A stretch of DNA of 47,466 nucleotides, from NCBI GenBank assembly GCA_030612085.1, contig JAUWOM010000001.1:1-47466 (forward strand), in the 5' to 3' direction. The translations under genes and the position numbers were made by a program. Origin of the DNA: Actinomycetes bacterium (GTDB lineage Bacteria > Actinomycetota > Humimicrobiia > JAHJRV01). This document shows, in pieces, positions 17,733 through 26,702 of the stretch (the first letter of the stretch is position 1; every line of letters begins with the position of its first letter). A model generated the notes under the pieces. The model searched no databases. It was not told where the DNA came from and was given only the letters and a program-made list of their open reading frames with translations.

Positions 17733-18629
17733 ATGAAAATTGAAAAAGCATATAAGACCTACATAGCTGATATAGGATTGTTTTATGCTGCTGCAATTTG
17801 GGGTTCAACATTTTTTATTGTTAGAAATAGTCTGCAATACATTAACCCAGTAATATTGGTGGGTTATCGTTTCTTTCTTGCAGCCTTAATTCTTGCAGGT
17901 ATCTTAATTTATCAGCGCAAACCTTTGTTTTCAAACTTAAAAGCAGGTTTTATCCTGAGTCTATTTCTTTGCTTTCTTTATATACCACAAACTATTGGTC
18001 TTGGGATTACTACAGCATCAAATTCTGGTTTTATAACTGGACTTTTTGTTGCTTTTGTACCATTTTTTCATCTTATTATTTTTCGAAAACCACCTTCATT
18101 TCCAAGACTGGTTGCGGTGTTCATCTCTCTAACTGGATTATGGTTCTTGACTGGAGGGTTAAAAGATATTAATAAAGGAGATCTACTTACTGTTATAACA
18201 GCAATGGCTTATGCAATCCATCTTTTATTTACAGATAAGTATGTTAAAAATAATATTGATCCTTATATACTCAGTTTCCAACAATTTCTATTTGTTGGTA
18301 TTATAAGTTTTATCTTTGGAGAAATTTTTAAAATTCCATTTTCTATCTCATCAAAAAAAGTTATCTGGGTAATTTTATTTTTGACCCTTTTTCCAACAAT
18401 ATCAGCTTTTATTATTCAATTAGTTGCTCAAAAATTTACATCACCAATAAAAGTTTCTCTTATATTTGCACTGGAACCTGTTTTTGCTGCATTGTTTGCA
18501 TGGACTTTGGGTGGTGAAACTTTTATTCTGCATAGGGCATTTGGAGGTTTGTTAATATTTTTAGCTATATTAATTTCTGAAATACCTATAAAAAAAATAG
18601 ACTTTTTTAAAATTCTTAAAAGAGAATAA
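17733..18629 (+). CDS. DMT superfamily (EamA-like) transporter
   Basis: 298 aa, about 10 TM helices arranged as two EamA-like halves. Confidence 0.75.
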   Translation: MKIEKAYKTYIADIGLFYAAAIWGSTFFIVRNSLQYINPVILVGYRFFLAALILAGILIYQRKPLFSNLKAGFILSLFLCFLYIPQTIGLGITTASNSGFITGLFVAFVPFFHLIIFRKPPSFPRLVAVFISLTGLWFLTGGLKDINKGDLLTVITAMAYAIHLLFTDKYVKNNIDPYILSFQQFLFVGIISFIFGEIFKIPFSISSKKVIWVILFLTLFPTISAFIIQLVAQKFTSPIKVSLIFALEPVFAALFAWTLGGETFILHRAFGGLLIFLAILISEIPIKKIDFFKILKRE

Positions 18630-18781
18630 AAGAATTTATCACAAAAATTAAGTAAGGATTCATTTAAAAAAAATAATCATTGTTATAAAATTTGAAAAGA
18701 TACAGATATTTATTAATATATAAATTTAATATTACTTTTTATTAGTATGTTAATTAAGATTAGAAACTTAACTTTAATGAT

Positions 18782-19942
18782 ATGAAATTAGCTTTAAGTG
18801 GTGGAAAGATAATAACACCTTTTGAAATTATTCAAGAAGGAGTTATTTTAATTGAAAAATCAATTATTAAAAGTGTTGGAAGATTAGATGAAATTTCTAT
18901 TCCTAAAGATTTTGAAATAATTGATGTTAAGAGTAAGATAGTTTGTCCTGGATTTATTGACATTCATTGTCATGGAGGAAATGGTGTATCTTTTAATAAG
19001 GATTTACCTGAAAAATTTTTAAATTACTCTCAATGGGTAACATCAACAGGAGTTACATCATTTCTTATAACTATTGTTCCTACAATATTTGAAGAAACAA
19101 TTAAGAAATTAAAAAATATTATTAAAATATTTGAATTTTCAAATTATATAGCAGAACCTCTGGGTATTCACTTAGAAGGTCCATTTTTAAATCCTAAAAA
19201 ACATGGCGCAATTGATTCTGAATGGATAAGAAATCCAGATTTAAATGAAATGTCATCTTATATATCTGCTTCAAATAATAAAATTAAAATGGTAACTATG
19301 GCATCTGAACTTGAAGGATCTAAAGAAATTGTAAATTTACTTAAGCAAAATGACATAATTATAAGCTTAGGTCATACAGATGCTACATATAAACAAACTG
19401 TAAAGGCTTTTAAAAATGGATACAATCATGTAAATCATTGTTTTAATGCTATGAGAGGTTTTGATCATAATGAATCTGGAGTTGTTGGAGCTATTTTTCA
19501 ATCAAAAGGAATATATACTGAGATAATTTGTGATGGTATTCATGTTTGTCCCTCAAGAATAAAAATGCTTATAGATAATATAGGAGTAGAAAATGTAGTT
19601 TTAATCACAGATGCTAATAAAGCAGCAGGTTTAGGTGATGGTAAATATAATTTCCTTAATAAAGAAATATTAGTTGAAAATAGAAAAGCAACACTTAAAG
19701 ATGGTACAATAGCTGGAAGTGTTATAAATATGAATGAAGCTTTTAAAAATATGGTAAAAATGGTCGGTACTTCAATTCAGGATGCAATAAAAATGGCAAC
19801 TATAAATCCAGCAAAATCAATTAAATTTGATAAAATTTTAGGAAGTTTAGAAGAAGGAAAGAAGGCTGACATAGTTGTAATGGATGAAGATTTAAATTTG
19901 TTATTTACTATTAAGAATGGAAAGACTATTAAACATGAGTAA
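18782..19942 (+). CDS. nagA: N-acetylglucosamine-6-phosphate deacetylase
   Basis: PGFIDIHCHGGNG, LEGPFLNPKKHGA and HCFNAM motifs of NagA-type amidohydrolases. Confidence 0.8.
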   Translation: MKLALSGGKIITPFEIIQEGVILIEKSIIKSVGRLDEISIPKDFEIIDVKSKIVCPGFIDIHCHGGNGVSFNKDLPEKFLNYSQWVTSTGVTSFLITIVPTIFEETIKKLKNIIKIFEFSNYIAEPLGIHLEGPFLNPKKHGAIDSEWIRNPDLNEMSSYISASNNKIKMVTMASELEGSKEIVNLLKQNDIIISLGHTDATYKQTVKAFKNGYNHVNHCFNAMRGFDHNESGVVGAIFQSKGIYTEIICDGIHVCPSRIKMLIDNIGVENVVLITDANKAAGLGDGKYNFLNKEILVENRKATLKDGTIAGSVINMNEAFKNMVKMVGTSIQDAIKMATINPAKSIKFDKILGSLEEGKKADIVVMDEDLNLLFTIKNGKTIKHE

Positions 19943-20654
19943 TAGATCTGGCCCCACAATTTTACTTGATTTGCAAAAGGCAGATTTAAGGGTTGATGAA
20001 CTTACTTCAATTAGAGAGAATCTAATTGAAAGAGAGGAAATAAAAAAGTTAAACAAAAGAATTAAAGAATTAAGAAAGGAAATTGAAAATCTTTACCAAG
20101 AAAAACACTCCACAGAATTAGATCAGAAAAGGATAAATGATGAGGTATCCATTCTAACAGGGAAAATTAAAAGGGAGGAAGAAAAACTCTATAGTGGTAG
20201 AATTACAATTCCTAAAGAGCTTGAGGGTATTAATAAGGAAGTAATTTTTCTAAAATCAAAAATGGATAAAAAAGAAACAAAAATATTAGAACTGATGGAA
20301 GAAATAGATGAAAATCTTAAAGTAATACAGTTAAAAGAAAAAGAGTTGGACAGTGATTTATCTGAAATTAAAACTAAAGAATTAAATCTAACTCAGAGGG
20401 AAAAAGAAATTGATGAAGAGATGTCTGAATTAACTGATAGAAGGAATAATTTAATAAGCCATTTAGATCCAGAGATTTTAAAAGAGTATGAATCTTTAAG
20501 GGAGGAAAAAGGGGGAAGAGTGGTAGCTGTTTTAGAAGATGGTATATGTAGTTGCTGTAATATGCAACTACCATCAATAAAAGTTGATTCTATGAGAGAT
20601 CCTAATATTTTTTATCATTGCAATTTTTGTGAGAGAATATTAATATTAACATAA
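19935..20654 (+). CDS. Coiled-coil C4-type zinc-ribbon protein (COG1579-like)
   Basis: Long E/K-rich coiled coil ending in CSCCNMQLP...YHCNFCERIL. ATG 19935 overlaps the nagA stop by 8 nt; the track start 19917 is an alternative. Confidence 0.65.
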   Translation: MSNRSGPTILLDLQKADLRVDELTSIRENLIEREEIKKLNKRIKELRKEIENLYQEKHSTELDQKRINDEVSILTGKIKREEEKLYSGRITIPKELEGINKEVIFLKSKMDKKETKILELMEEIDENLKVIQLKEKELDSDLSEIKTKELNLTQREKEIDEEMSELTDRRNNLISHLDPEILKEYESLREEKGGRVVAVLEDGICSCCNMQLPSIKVDSMRDPNIFYHCNFCERILILT

Positions 20655-20662
20655 GGTGAAAT

Positions 20663-21145
20663 ATGAATGAAAAGAAGACTAAAGAATATAAGAAGCTAAT
20701 TTTATTTACTGATGGAGGGTCAAAAGGAAATCCAGGACCAGCTGGAATCGGAATTCTAATTTTTAATAAAGAAGGAAAACTAATAAAGGAAGTTAGTGAA
20801 TTTATTGGAAAAACTACTAATAATGTAGCAGAGTATATTGCTTTACTAAGAGCATTAGAAATATCGAAGGAATTTGGTGCAGATGAAATAGAGATAAAAT
20901 GTGATAGCAAACTAATGGTAAATCAATTAAAGAAGAGATGGAAAGTTAAGAGTCCAAATCTAAAAATTCTTCATCAAAAAGTGAGATTATTACTTAGTGC
21001 TTATAGAAAAGTTAGTCTTTTAAATGTCCCAAGAAGTGTAATTAAAGCTGCTGATAAACTTGTAAATAAAGCAATTAATTCATCTCTTGATAAAGATGTT
21101 GAAGTTCGTTTTGTAGAAAATGAAACTGAATCCACCCTTTTTTAA
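20663..21145 (+). CDS. rnhA: Ribonuclease HI family protein
   Basis: TDGGSKGNPGPAGIG, NNVAEYIALL and IKCDSKLMVNQL correspond to the D-E-D catalytic segments of type 1 RNase H. Confidence 0.8.
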   Translation: MNEKKTKEYKKLILFTDGGSKGNPGPAGIGILIFNKEGKLIKEVSEFIGKTTNNVAEYIALLRALEISKEFGADEIEIKCDSKLMVNQLKKRWKVKSPNLKILHQKVRLLLSAYRKVSLLNVPRSVIKAADKLVNKAINSSLDKDVEVRFVENETESTLF

Positions 21146-21469
21146 TAAGAATTTTAAAATTTATATTTAATATTCTTACTTCTTTTATACTATAATCCGC
21201 ATTTATAATCAGTTTAACAACATTTCTTAGATTAGTTTTGTATGTAATTTTAAACATAATTTTATAGAAGCATGCCATTAGAAATATTAGAAGAAGTAGT
21301 AGATAATTACATCGCAACTAAATTAAATCAATAAAATTATGTAATGAAAGTATATAAACTAAAAACATTATATTGCAAAACCTAATCCCTTTTCTTTGTC
21401 TTCATCCTTAGATATTTTATAAATTATTCCATATTTTTTTATTTTATAGTTTATTAGATTTTCTAAAAA

Positions 21470-21478
21470 TGGTATAAT
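21470..21478 (+). promoter_or_regulatory. Extended -10 promoter element (TGgTATAAT) for rnpB
   Basis: TG at 21470-21471 and TATAAT at 21473-21478, ending 7 nt before the first nucleotide of the P1 helix (21486). Confidence 0.55.
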
Positions 21479-21485
21479 CTTATAT

Positions 21486-21998
21486 GAGTCAATTGGGTGA
21501 TCGCAGAAGTTTTACTTCTGAGGAAAGTCCGGGCTCCATAGGGCAAGATGCTGGGTAACACCCAGTGGAGGTGACTTCAAGGATAGTGCCACAGAAAATA
21601 TACCGCCCTATTAGATCTTTAAAATTAAATATAGATTCTAACAATTGGATAAGATAGTAATTTTAGAATTATTTTAAAAAATTACTATCACTATTTATTG
21701 TCAATATTGCTATTTGTTAATTTTTAGGCTTGAGAAGTTTCTTTTATAAATTGATCTAATAGGGTAAGGGTGAAAAGGTGAGGTAAGAGCTTCACCAGCA
21801 ATCAGGTGACTGATTGGCTTGGAAAACCCCGTCTGGAGCAAGGCCAAATAGGAGAGTATTAGGGGTTGCTCGCTCTACTCTCGGGTAGGCTGCTTGAGGT
21901 GATAGGTAACTGTCATCCTAGATAGATGATCACTACTTATTTAATTTTTATGTTTTTAAAAGTTAGATAGGAACAGAACTCGGCTTATAGATTGACTC
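21486..21998 (+). ncRNA. rnpB: RNase P RNA, bacterial type A, with an unusually long P12
   Basis: P1 gagtcaat (21486-21493) pairs with attgactc (21991-21998). CR-I GAGGAAAGTCCGGGCTCC. ACAGAAAATATACCGCC; GTAAGGGTGAAAAGGTGAGGTAAGAGC; AGCAAGGCCAAATAGG; GGGTAGGCTGCTTGAGG. CR-V ACAGAACTCGGCTTATAG. Confidence 0.92.
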
Positions 21999-22003
21999 TT
22001 TAA

Positions 22004-22036
22004 ATACCCGTCTGTTTATGATAGATGGGTATTTTT
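22004..22036 (+). terminator. Rho-independent terminator after rnpB
   Basis: 10-bp stem atacccgtct / agatgggtat (one G-T pair), 9-nt loop, then a TTTTT run. Confidence 0.7.
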
Positions 22037-22240
22037 ATATAAATAAAATTAATAGAATTTTGTAAATCAACCTTTCTTTAATATCATTAGGAGTTTAAGG
22101 TATAAATTTTATTTTGAAAAATTTTAATGAATTACCTATATTTGTTAGAATATAATAAGTTTAAATTAGAATATAATTATTAAACAAGTTTATATTTCAA
22201 ATAGATTTTTAAAAAAATACAAAAGGTAGATATTTTAAAG

Positions 22241-23302
22241 ATGAAGATACTTCATACTGCAGATATACATTTAAGAGAATATGACGATGAAAGATGGGTG
22301 ACTCTTAAGGAGCTCATTGAAATTGGAAAGAAGGAAAAAATTGAACTCTTTATAATAAGTGGTGATCTCTTCGATAAAGGCATTAATGCTGAAAACCTCA
22401 AACCTAAAATACGAGATATTTTCTCCAATTCTGGTTTTAAAATTATCCTTATTCCTGGAAATCATGACAAAGATTCATATAAAAGTGGTATGTATTTTGG
22501 AGAAGTAAAAATTTTAAGTGACTTAAACAGCCCTTTTGATGAATTTAAAGACGTAAGAATATGGGGATTACCCTTTGAACCTATAAAGGGAGAAGACATT
22601 TTTAATAAACTACAACTATTAAAGGACAACATAAGTCCTGATAAGAAAAATATCTTACTTTATCACGGTGAACTGCTTGATGCCTTCTTTTCTAGAAAAG
22701 ATTTTGGAGATGAGGGTGAGGAAAGATATATGCCTGTTAAACTTTCTTATTTTAAGGATTTGAATATTGATTATATACTTGCAGGACATTTTCATAAGAA
22801 TTTTAATGTGTGGGTATTAAAAAATGGAGGATTCTTTGTTTATCCTGGGTCTCCTGTATCAATAACTAAAAGAGAAGTAGGGCAGAGGAAAATAAATATC
22901 TTTGAACTTGGGAAGTCGCCTAAGGAATATGTTCTTGATACCCCTCATTATGAAGGAGTTGATATAAAATTTGATCCATTTACAGATAAAGAGCCTTTAG
23001 AGATTGTGAAAGAATGTTTTATTAATCTTCAAAAAAATGCTAAGGCTATTCTAACAGTTAGAGGTTTTGTAAATAGTGAAGATATTGGAATAAGTGAGGA
23101 AGAACTTGTAAAACAAATAAAAAAGATTTCTTCAGGGAAAAGCGATGAGGAACACTACGAATTTAGAGATATACGAATAATACTTAAGGATGATTTATTT
23201 AAAAACTTCATAGAGAAACTTAAGTATACCGATTATGAAGAAGAAAAGAAAAAGCAAATGCGTGAAATAGCAATTAAAGCAATGATGGAGACTAAGTTAT
23301 GA
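22241..23302 (+). CDS. Mre11/SbcD-like metallophosphoesterase (DNA repair exonuclease)
   Basis: Calcineurin-like motifs in order: ILHTADIHL, ISGDLFD, IPGNHD, LYHG, AGHFH. The stop overlaps the next start (ATGA). Confidence 0.75.
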   Translation: MKILHTADIHLREYDDERWVTLKELIEIGKKEKIELFIISGDLFDKGINAENLKPKIRDIFSNSGFKIILIPGNHDKDSYKSGMYFGEVKILSDLNSPFDEFKDVRIWGLPFEPIKGEDIFNKLQLLKDNISPDKKNILLYHGELLDAFFSRKDFGDEGEERYMPVKLSYFKDLNIDYILAGHFHKNFNVWVLKNGGFFVYPGSPVSITKREVGQRKINIFELGKSPKEYVLDTPHYEGVDIKFDPFTDKEPLEIVKECFINLQKNAKAILTVRGFVNSEDIGISEEELVKQIKKISSGKSDEEHYEFRDIRIILKDDLFKNFIEKLKYTDYEEEKKKQMREIAIKAMMETKL

Positions 23303-25374
23303 AAATAAATGAGTTTCTAATAACAAGGTATGGTCCTTTAAAGAATAAAAATCCTTTTCAACTGGCTGATTTCAATTTATTTTGGGGTAATAATGAGGAT
23401 GGAAAAACTCTAACAATAGACGCTCTTATAAAACTATTATTAGGGGGAAATATCAGAGATTTTAAACGTAGTATAGATCGAGTAGATGAATATCCAGAGG
23501 GCTATGTAATTATAGAAGATTATAAGTATAAAGAAATTAAACTACCAGAAAAGGGGGATTTAACAGAAGTAGCAGATTTAACTCCATCTGAATGTCGCAA
23601 TATTTTTATAATAAGAAATAGTGATCTCTCTATTACTCGGGAAAGTGAATTTTATACTAATGTAACAGATCAACTTACAGGCTTAAGGACTGAAGATATT
23701 TCCCAAATAAAACAAACTCTTGAAGAAATAGGTAAAATAACACCAAGTGGCAAATTCCGTGACATTGGAGATGAAAAATTGAAGTCAAGAATAGAAAATG
23801 TAGGAACACTAGTTGGAGAAATTGCGAGTTTAATCGAAGAAATTAAGGAAGAAGAATTTGATAAAGTAGAGAAAGAATTGGTAGAAAACAGAATAAAAAA
23901 AGAACAAATAATAGAAGAGATTAAAAAATTCGAACATGCTCAAAAAAGAGAGAAATACGAAAAAGGGAGGGAAGCTCTTAAAAAACTTAAGAAAAAAGAT
24001 TTTCCAGAAGTTAAAGAATTGGAAAAAAAAGAACGATATCTTGAAGTTTTTAGAGACAAACTGAGAAAGATAAATGAAGAAATTAGACCAAAGATAACTA
24101 ATTATCAATCAAATAAAGAAAAAATAGCAGGGGAAAAAACTAAAAATAATTTTTTCGCTTCTTTAGCAAAAATTTCTCAAATAATACTCACTATATCTTT
24201 GCTTGGAAGTATTATTACACTCCTATTATCATCATCTTCATCATTGTCATCATTATTCTCATCACCATTATTATTATTTATTTTAATAATAGGAGTATTA
24301 TCTTTAATTTCTACCATAATCTCATATATGTTTAAGTGGAAATTTGCAAGAAATAAGTCTCAGCTTGCAAAGGAATTTGAAATGATTAAGTTTGATATTT
24401 CGAAGTTCAATTTAAGTGGAGGAACTATTGGAAACATTAGTTCAAATATCCAAAAGTTTGAAGATGAATGTTTAAATGAAGATAAAAAAGAAAAAAAGAT
24501 GAGGGAAGAATTAAGTGGATTAATTGGAACACAACAGGGTATTTTAATAAACCTTTTTGGAGAGAAGGGTAAAATACTAAAAGAAAATATTCCCTATTGG
24601 GATGAAGAAATCAAAGAGCTTGAAGTGTATAAAGACAGAGCTAAGAATATAAAATACGATGAAAAAATTGTTCTAAAATTAAAAGAAGAAAAAGAGTCAT
24701 ATAAGGGTAGATTAGACTATTTAGAAGGAATGATGACTAATTTTCAAGAGGATTTAGGAAAGATAGAAAGAAAGTCAAATGATATTCTGCAATCAGAAGA
24801 AGATTATTTATATTGTAAAACATCAGTAGATTTAAAGGCAGTTAGCGAGAAGTTGCAGAAGTTTATAAACGAAAATGAAAGTAATAGAGATTCAGTCTTG
24901 AAAGTTATGGGAATTTTTAAAGAAATAGAAATAGAAGAAAAAGAAAAAATTTCTAAACTTTTTGGTAAAGAAAGTCCTATTTCTAAGTATTTTAATGAGA
25001 TAACAAATGGTCTTTATGAGGAAGTACTCTTCAACCAAGAGATTGGACAAATTGAGGTTAAGCGTAAGGATGGAGCTATATTAGAAGCTGAGAAATTATC
25101 AGGAGGTACTTACGACCAATTATACCTTTCTATTCGACTTTCGCTTGGCGAAAAGCTCTTAAAAGGTAAAAAAGGATTTTTTATCATGGATGACCCATTT
25201 ATAAAAGCTGACCCTGATAGATTGCAAAGACAGATTCAAACACTAAAGAAAATTTCTGAATCAGGGTGGCAGATTCTATACTTCTCCGCAAAGGGAGAAG
25301 TTAAGAATGCTTTAAAAAAAGAAATTGAAGATGGATCTATTAATTATATTGAAATTAAAAGTATATTTATCTAA
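23299..25374 (+). CDS. Rad50/SbcC-like (YhaN-type) SMC-family ATPase with a central transmembrane hairpin
   Basis: Walker A GNNEDGKT at the N-terminus. ABC signature LSGGTYDQL and Walker B FFIMDDPF at the C-terminus. E/K-rich coiled-coil arms. Hydrophobic block FFASLAKISQIILTISLLGSIITLLL...LLLFILIIGVLSLISTIISYMF encoded at 24151-24336. Confidence 0.7.
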   Translation: MKINEFLITRYGPLKNKNPFQLADFNLFWGNNEDGKTLTIDALIKLLLGGNIRDFKRSIDRVDEYPEGYVIIEDYKYKEIKLPEKGDLTEVADLTPSECRNIFIIRNSDLSITRESEFYTNVTDQLTGLRTEDISQIKQTLEEIGKITPSGKFRDIGDEKLKSRIENVGTLVGEIASLIEEIKEEEFDKVEKELVENRIKKEQIIEEIKKFEHAQKREKYEKGREALKKLKKKDFPEVKELEKKERYLEVFRDKLRKINEEIRPKITNYQSNKEKIAGEKTKNNFFASLAKISQIILTISLLGSIITLLLSSSSSLSSLFSSPLLLFILIIGVLSLISTIISYMFKWKFARNKSQLAKEFEMIKFDISKFNLSGGTIGNISSNIQKFEDECLNEDKKEKKMREELSGLIGTQQGILINLFGEKGKILKENIPYWDEEIKELEVYKDRAKNIKYDEKIVLKLKEEKESYKGRLDYLEGMMTNFQEDLGKIERKSNDILQSEEDYLYCKTSVDLKAVSEKLQKFINENESNRDSVLKVMGIFKEIEIEEKEKISKLFGKESPISKYFNEITNGLYEEVLFNQEIGQIEVKRKDGAILEAEKLSGGTYDQLYLSIRLSLGEKLLKGKKGFFIMDDPFIKADPDRLQRQIQTLKKISESGWQILYFSAKGEVKNALKKEIEDGSINYIEIKSIFI

Positions 25375-25391
25375 AAATATTTGGATATTTT

Positions 25392-25445
25392 GTTGCATTT
25401 AATGAGAATCTTGATTTTTTGTTGAGCTATTCTTAAAGCTTTCTC
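25392..25445 (-). repeat. Degenerate duplicate of the 3' terminal 54 nt of the adjacent dehydrogenase gene
   Basis: Hand alignment of 25392-25445 with 25458-25511 gives 46 of 54 identical positions without gaps. Confidence 0.75.
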
Positions 25446-25454
25446 TATAAATTA

Positions 25455-26483
25455 TTAGTTGCATTTAATGAGAATTTTGGGTTCTTGTTGAGCTAGTTTT
25501 AAAGCTTCTTCTGTTTCATCAAGGGGAAAAATTTCTGAAATTAAGGGTTTTACATCTATCTTGTTACTACTTAAAAAATAAATAGCTTTAGAGAATGGTC
25601 CACATCTTGAGCCCTGAATTTTTATCTCATCTACCACAATCTTTGTTTGGTCAACATTATTAATTAAAATCCCGTGAGTTGATTTTAAGGCTACTGTTCC
25701 TTTTGGTCTGACAAGGTTTACAGCGAGATTAAATCCATTTTCTGATCCCGTTGATTCCACCACTATATCTGCTCCAAGACCATTAGTTAAATCTTTTACT
25801 TTTGAGATTAAATTTAAGTCATTTACATCTATTACTTCTAATGCACCATAAATCTTAGCTCTTTCCAGTTTTTCCTTTGAGCGGGATATTGCAATTACAT
25901 CTGCTCCCAATGAATTTGCAACAGAGCAGATTAGAATCCCTAATCTTCCAATTCCAATTACAGCAACTTTATCTCCAATTTTGAATTTTGAGAGTTCGAA
26001 AGTTTGAATAGCAGCTGCTAATGGTTCTATGAAAACTCCCTCTTCGTCTGATATATTATCAGGTAATATATGAATATTTTTTGCTGGAACTTTTACAAAT
26101 TGTGCAAATGCTCCATCAGCATTTATTATTCCCAGAACCGTTCTTTTAAGGCAATGAGTGGATAATCCTTTTTTACATGCAGAACACTTTGTCTTTTTAG
26201 GGTAAGAAAGACAAGTATTATTTATTTCTACTGTAATTCTTTTTCCTATAAGTTTATTGCTCACATCTTCACCAACTTCAATAACCTCTCCAGTAAATTC
26301 ATGTCCCAATATCAATGGTAATGGAACTTTGTAATCACCATTATAAATTGCAATATCTGTACCACAGATTCCAGCATAATTTACTTTAATAAGCGCCTCA
26401 TCAGATTTTATTTCAGGTTTTTTTAATTCTTCAATAACAATCTTTTTAGGCTTAATTAAATTCGCTACTTTATAAAATTCCAA
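25455..26483 (-). CDS. Zinc-dependent alcohol dehydrogenase family (MDR; sorbitol/threonine dehydrogenase-like)
   Basis: Catalytic zinc segment GHEFTGEV, structural zinc Cys cluster (CLSYPKKTKCSACKKGLSTHC), and Rossmann VIGIGRLG. Confidence 0.8.
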   Translation of the reverse strand: MEFYKVANLIKPKKIVIEELKKPEIKSDEALIKVNYAGICGTDIAIYNGDYKVPLPLILGHEFTGEVIEVGEDVSNKLIGKRITVEINNTCLSYPKKTKCSACKKGLSTHCLKRTVLGIINADGAFAQFVKVPAKNIHILPDNISDEEGVFIEPLAAAIQTFELSKFKIGDKVAVIGIGRLGILICSVANSLGADVIAISRSKEKLERAKIYGALEVIDVNDLNLISKVKDLTNGLGADIVVESTGSENGFNLAVNLVRPKGTVALKSTHGILINNVDQTKIVVDEIKIQGSRCGPFSKAIYFLSSNKIDVKPLISEIFPLDETEEALKLAQQEPKILIKCN

Positions 26484-26702
26484 TATATTCTCCTATATTT
26501 AAATATTTTTTAAATTTTACATCAATATTTTTTAAAGTTGACATTTTATAATACAATTCAGACTTAGAATTGTATAATATTTCAAGCTTTATATTATATA
26601 ATATTAATTATAAAGATATAAATGATTAATTTCCTCACATTTTTTGATTAAAATTATAAAAATTTATGGTAATTAATTTACTTATGTATTTTGGTGGTAT
26701 AA

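Noticed and set aside
17602-17811. 69-aa minus-strand ORF between the tRNA and the DMT transporter. A similar case is the 80-aa ORF at 21075-21317.
   Set aside because: They overlap the starts or ends of supported genes and AT-rich spacers, and they show low-complexity composition and no translation signals.
20602-20910. 102-aa minus-strand ORF overlapping rnhA and the zinc-ribbon gene end.
   Set aside because: It is antisense to two well-supported plus-strand genes and has no recognisable motifs.
21618-21752. The insert in rnpB as a group I/II intron, IS remnant or separate gene.
   Set aside because: It is too short and too AT-rich for a self-splicing intron core, and it has no ORF or terminal inverted repeats. 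It is closed by a clean P12-position stem, so a helix expansion is the simpler reading.
23830-24108. 92-aa minus-strand ORF (F/K-rich) inside the Rad50-like gene.
   Set aside because: It is the complement of the GAA/AAA-rich coiled-coil coding sequence, which gives TTT/TTC runs. This is a compositional artefact.
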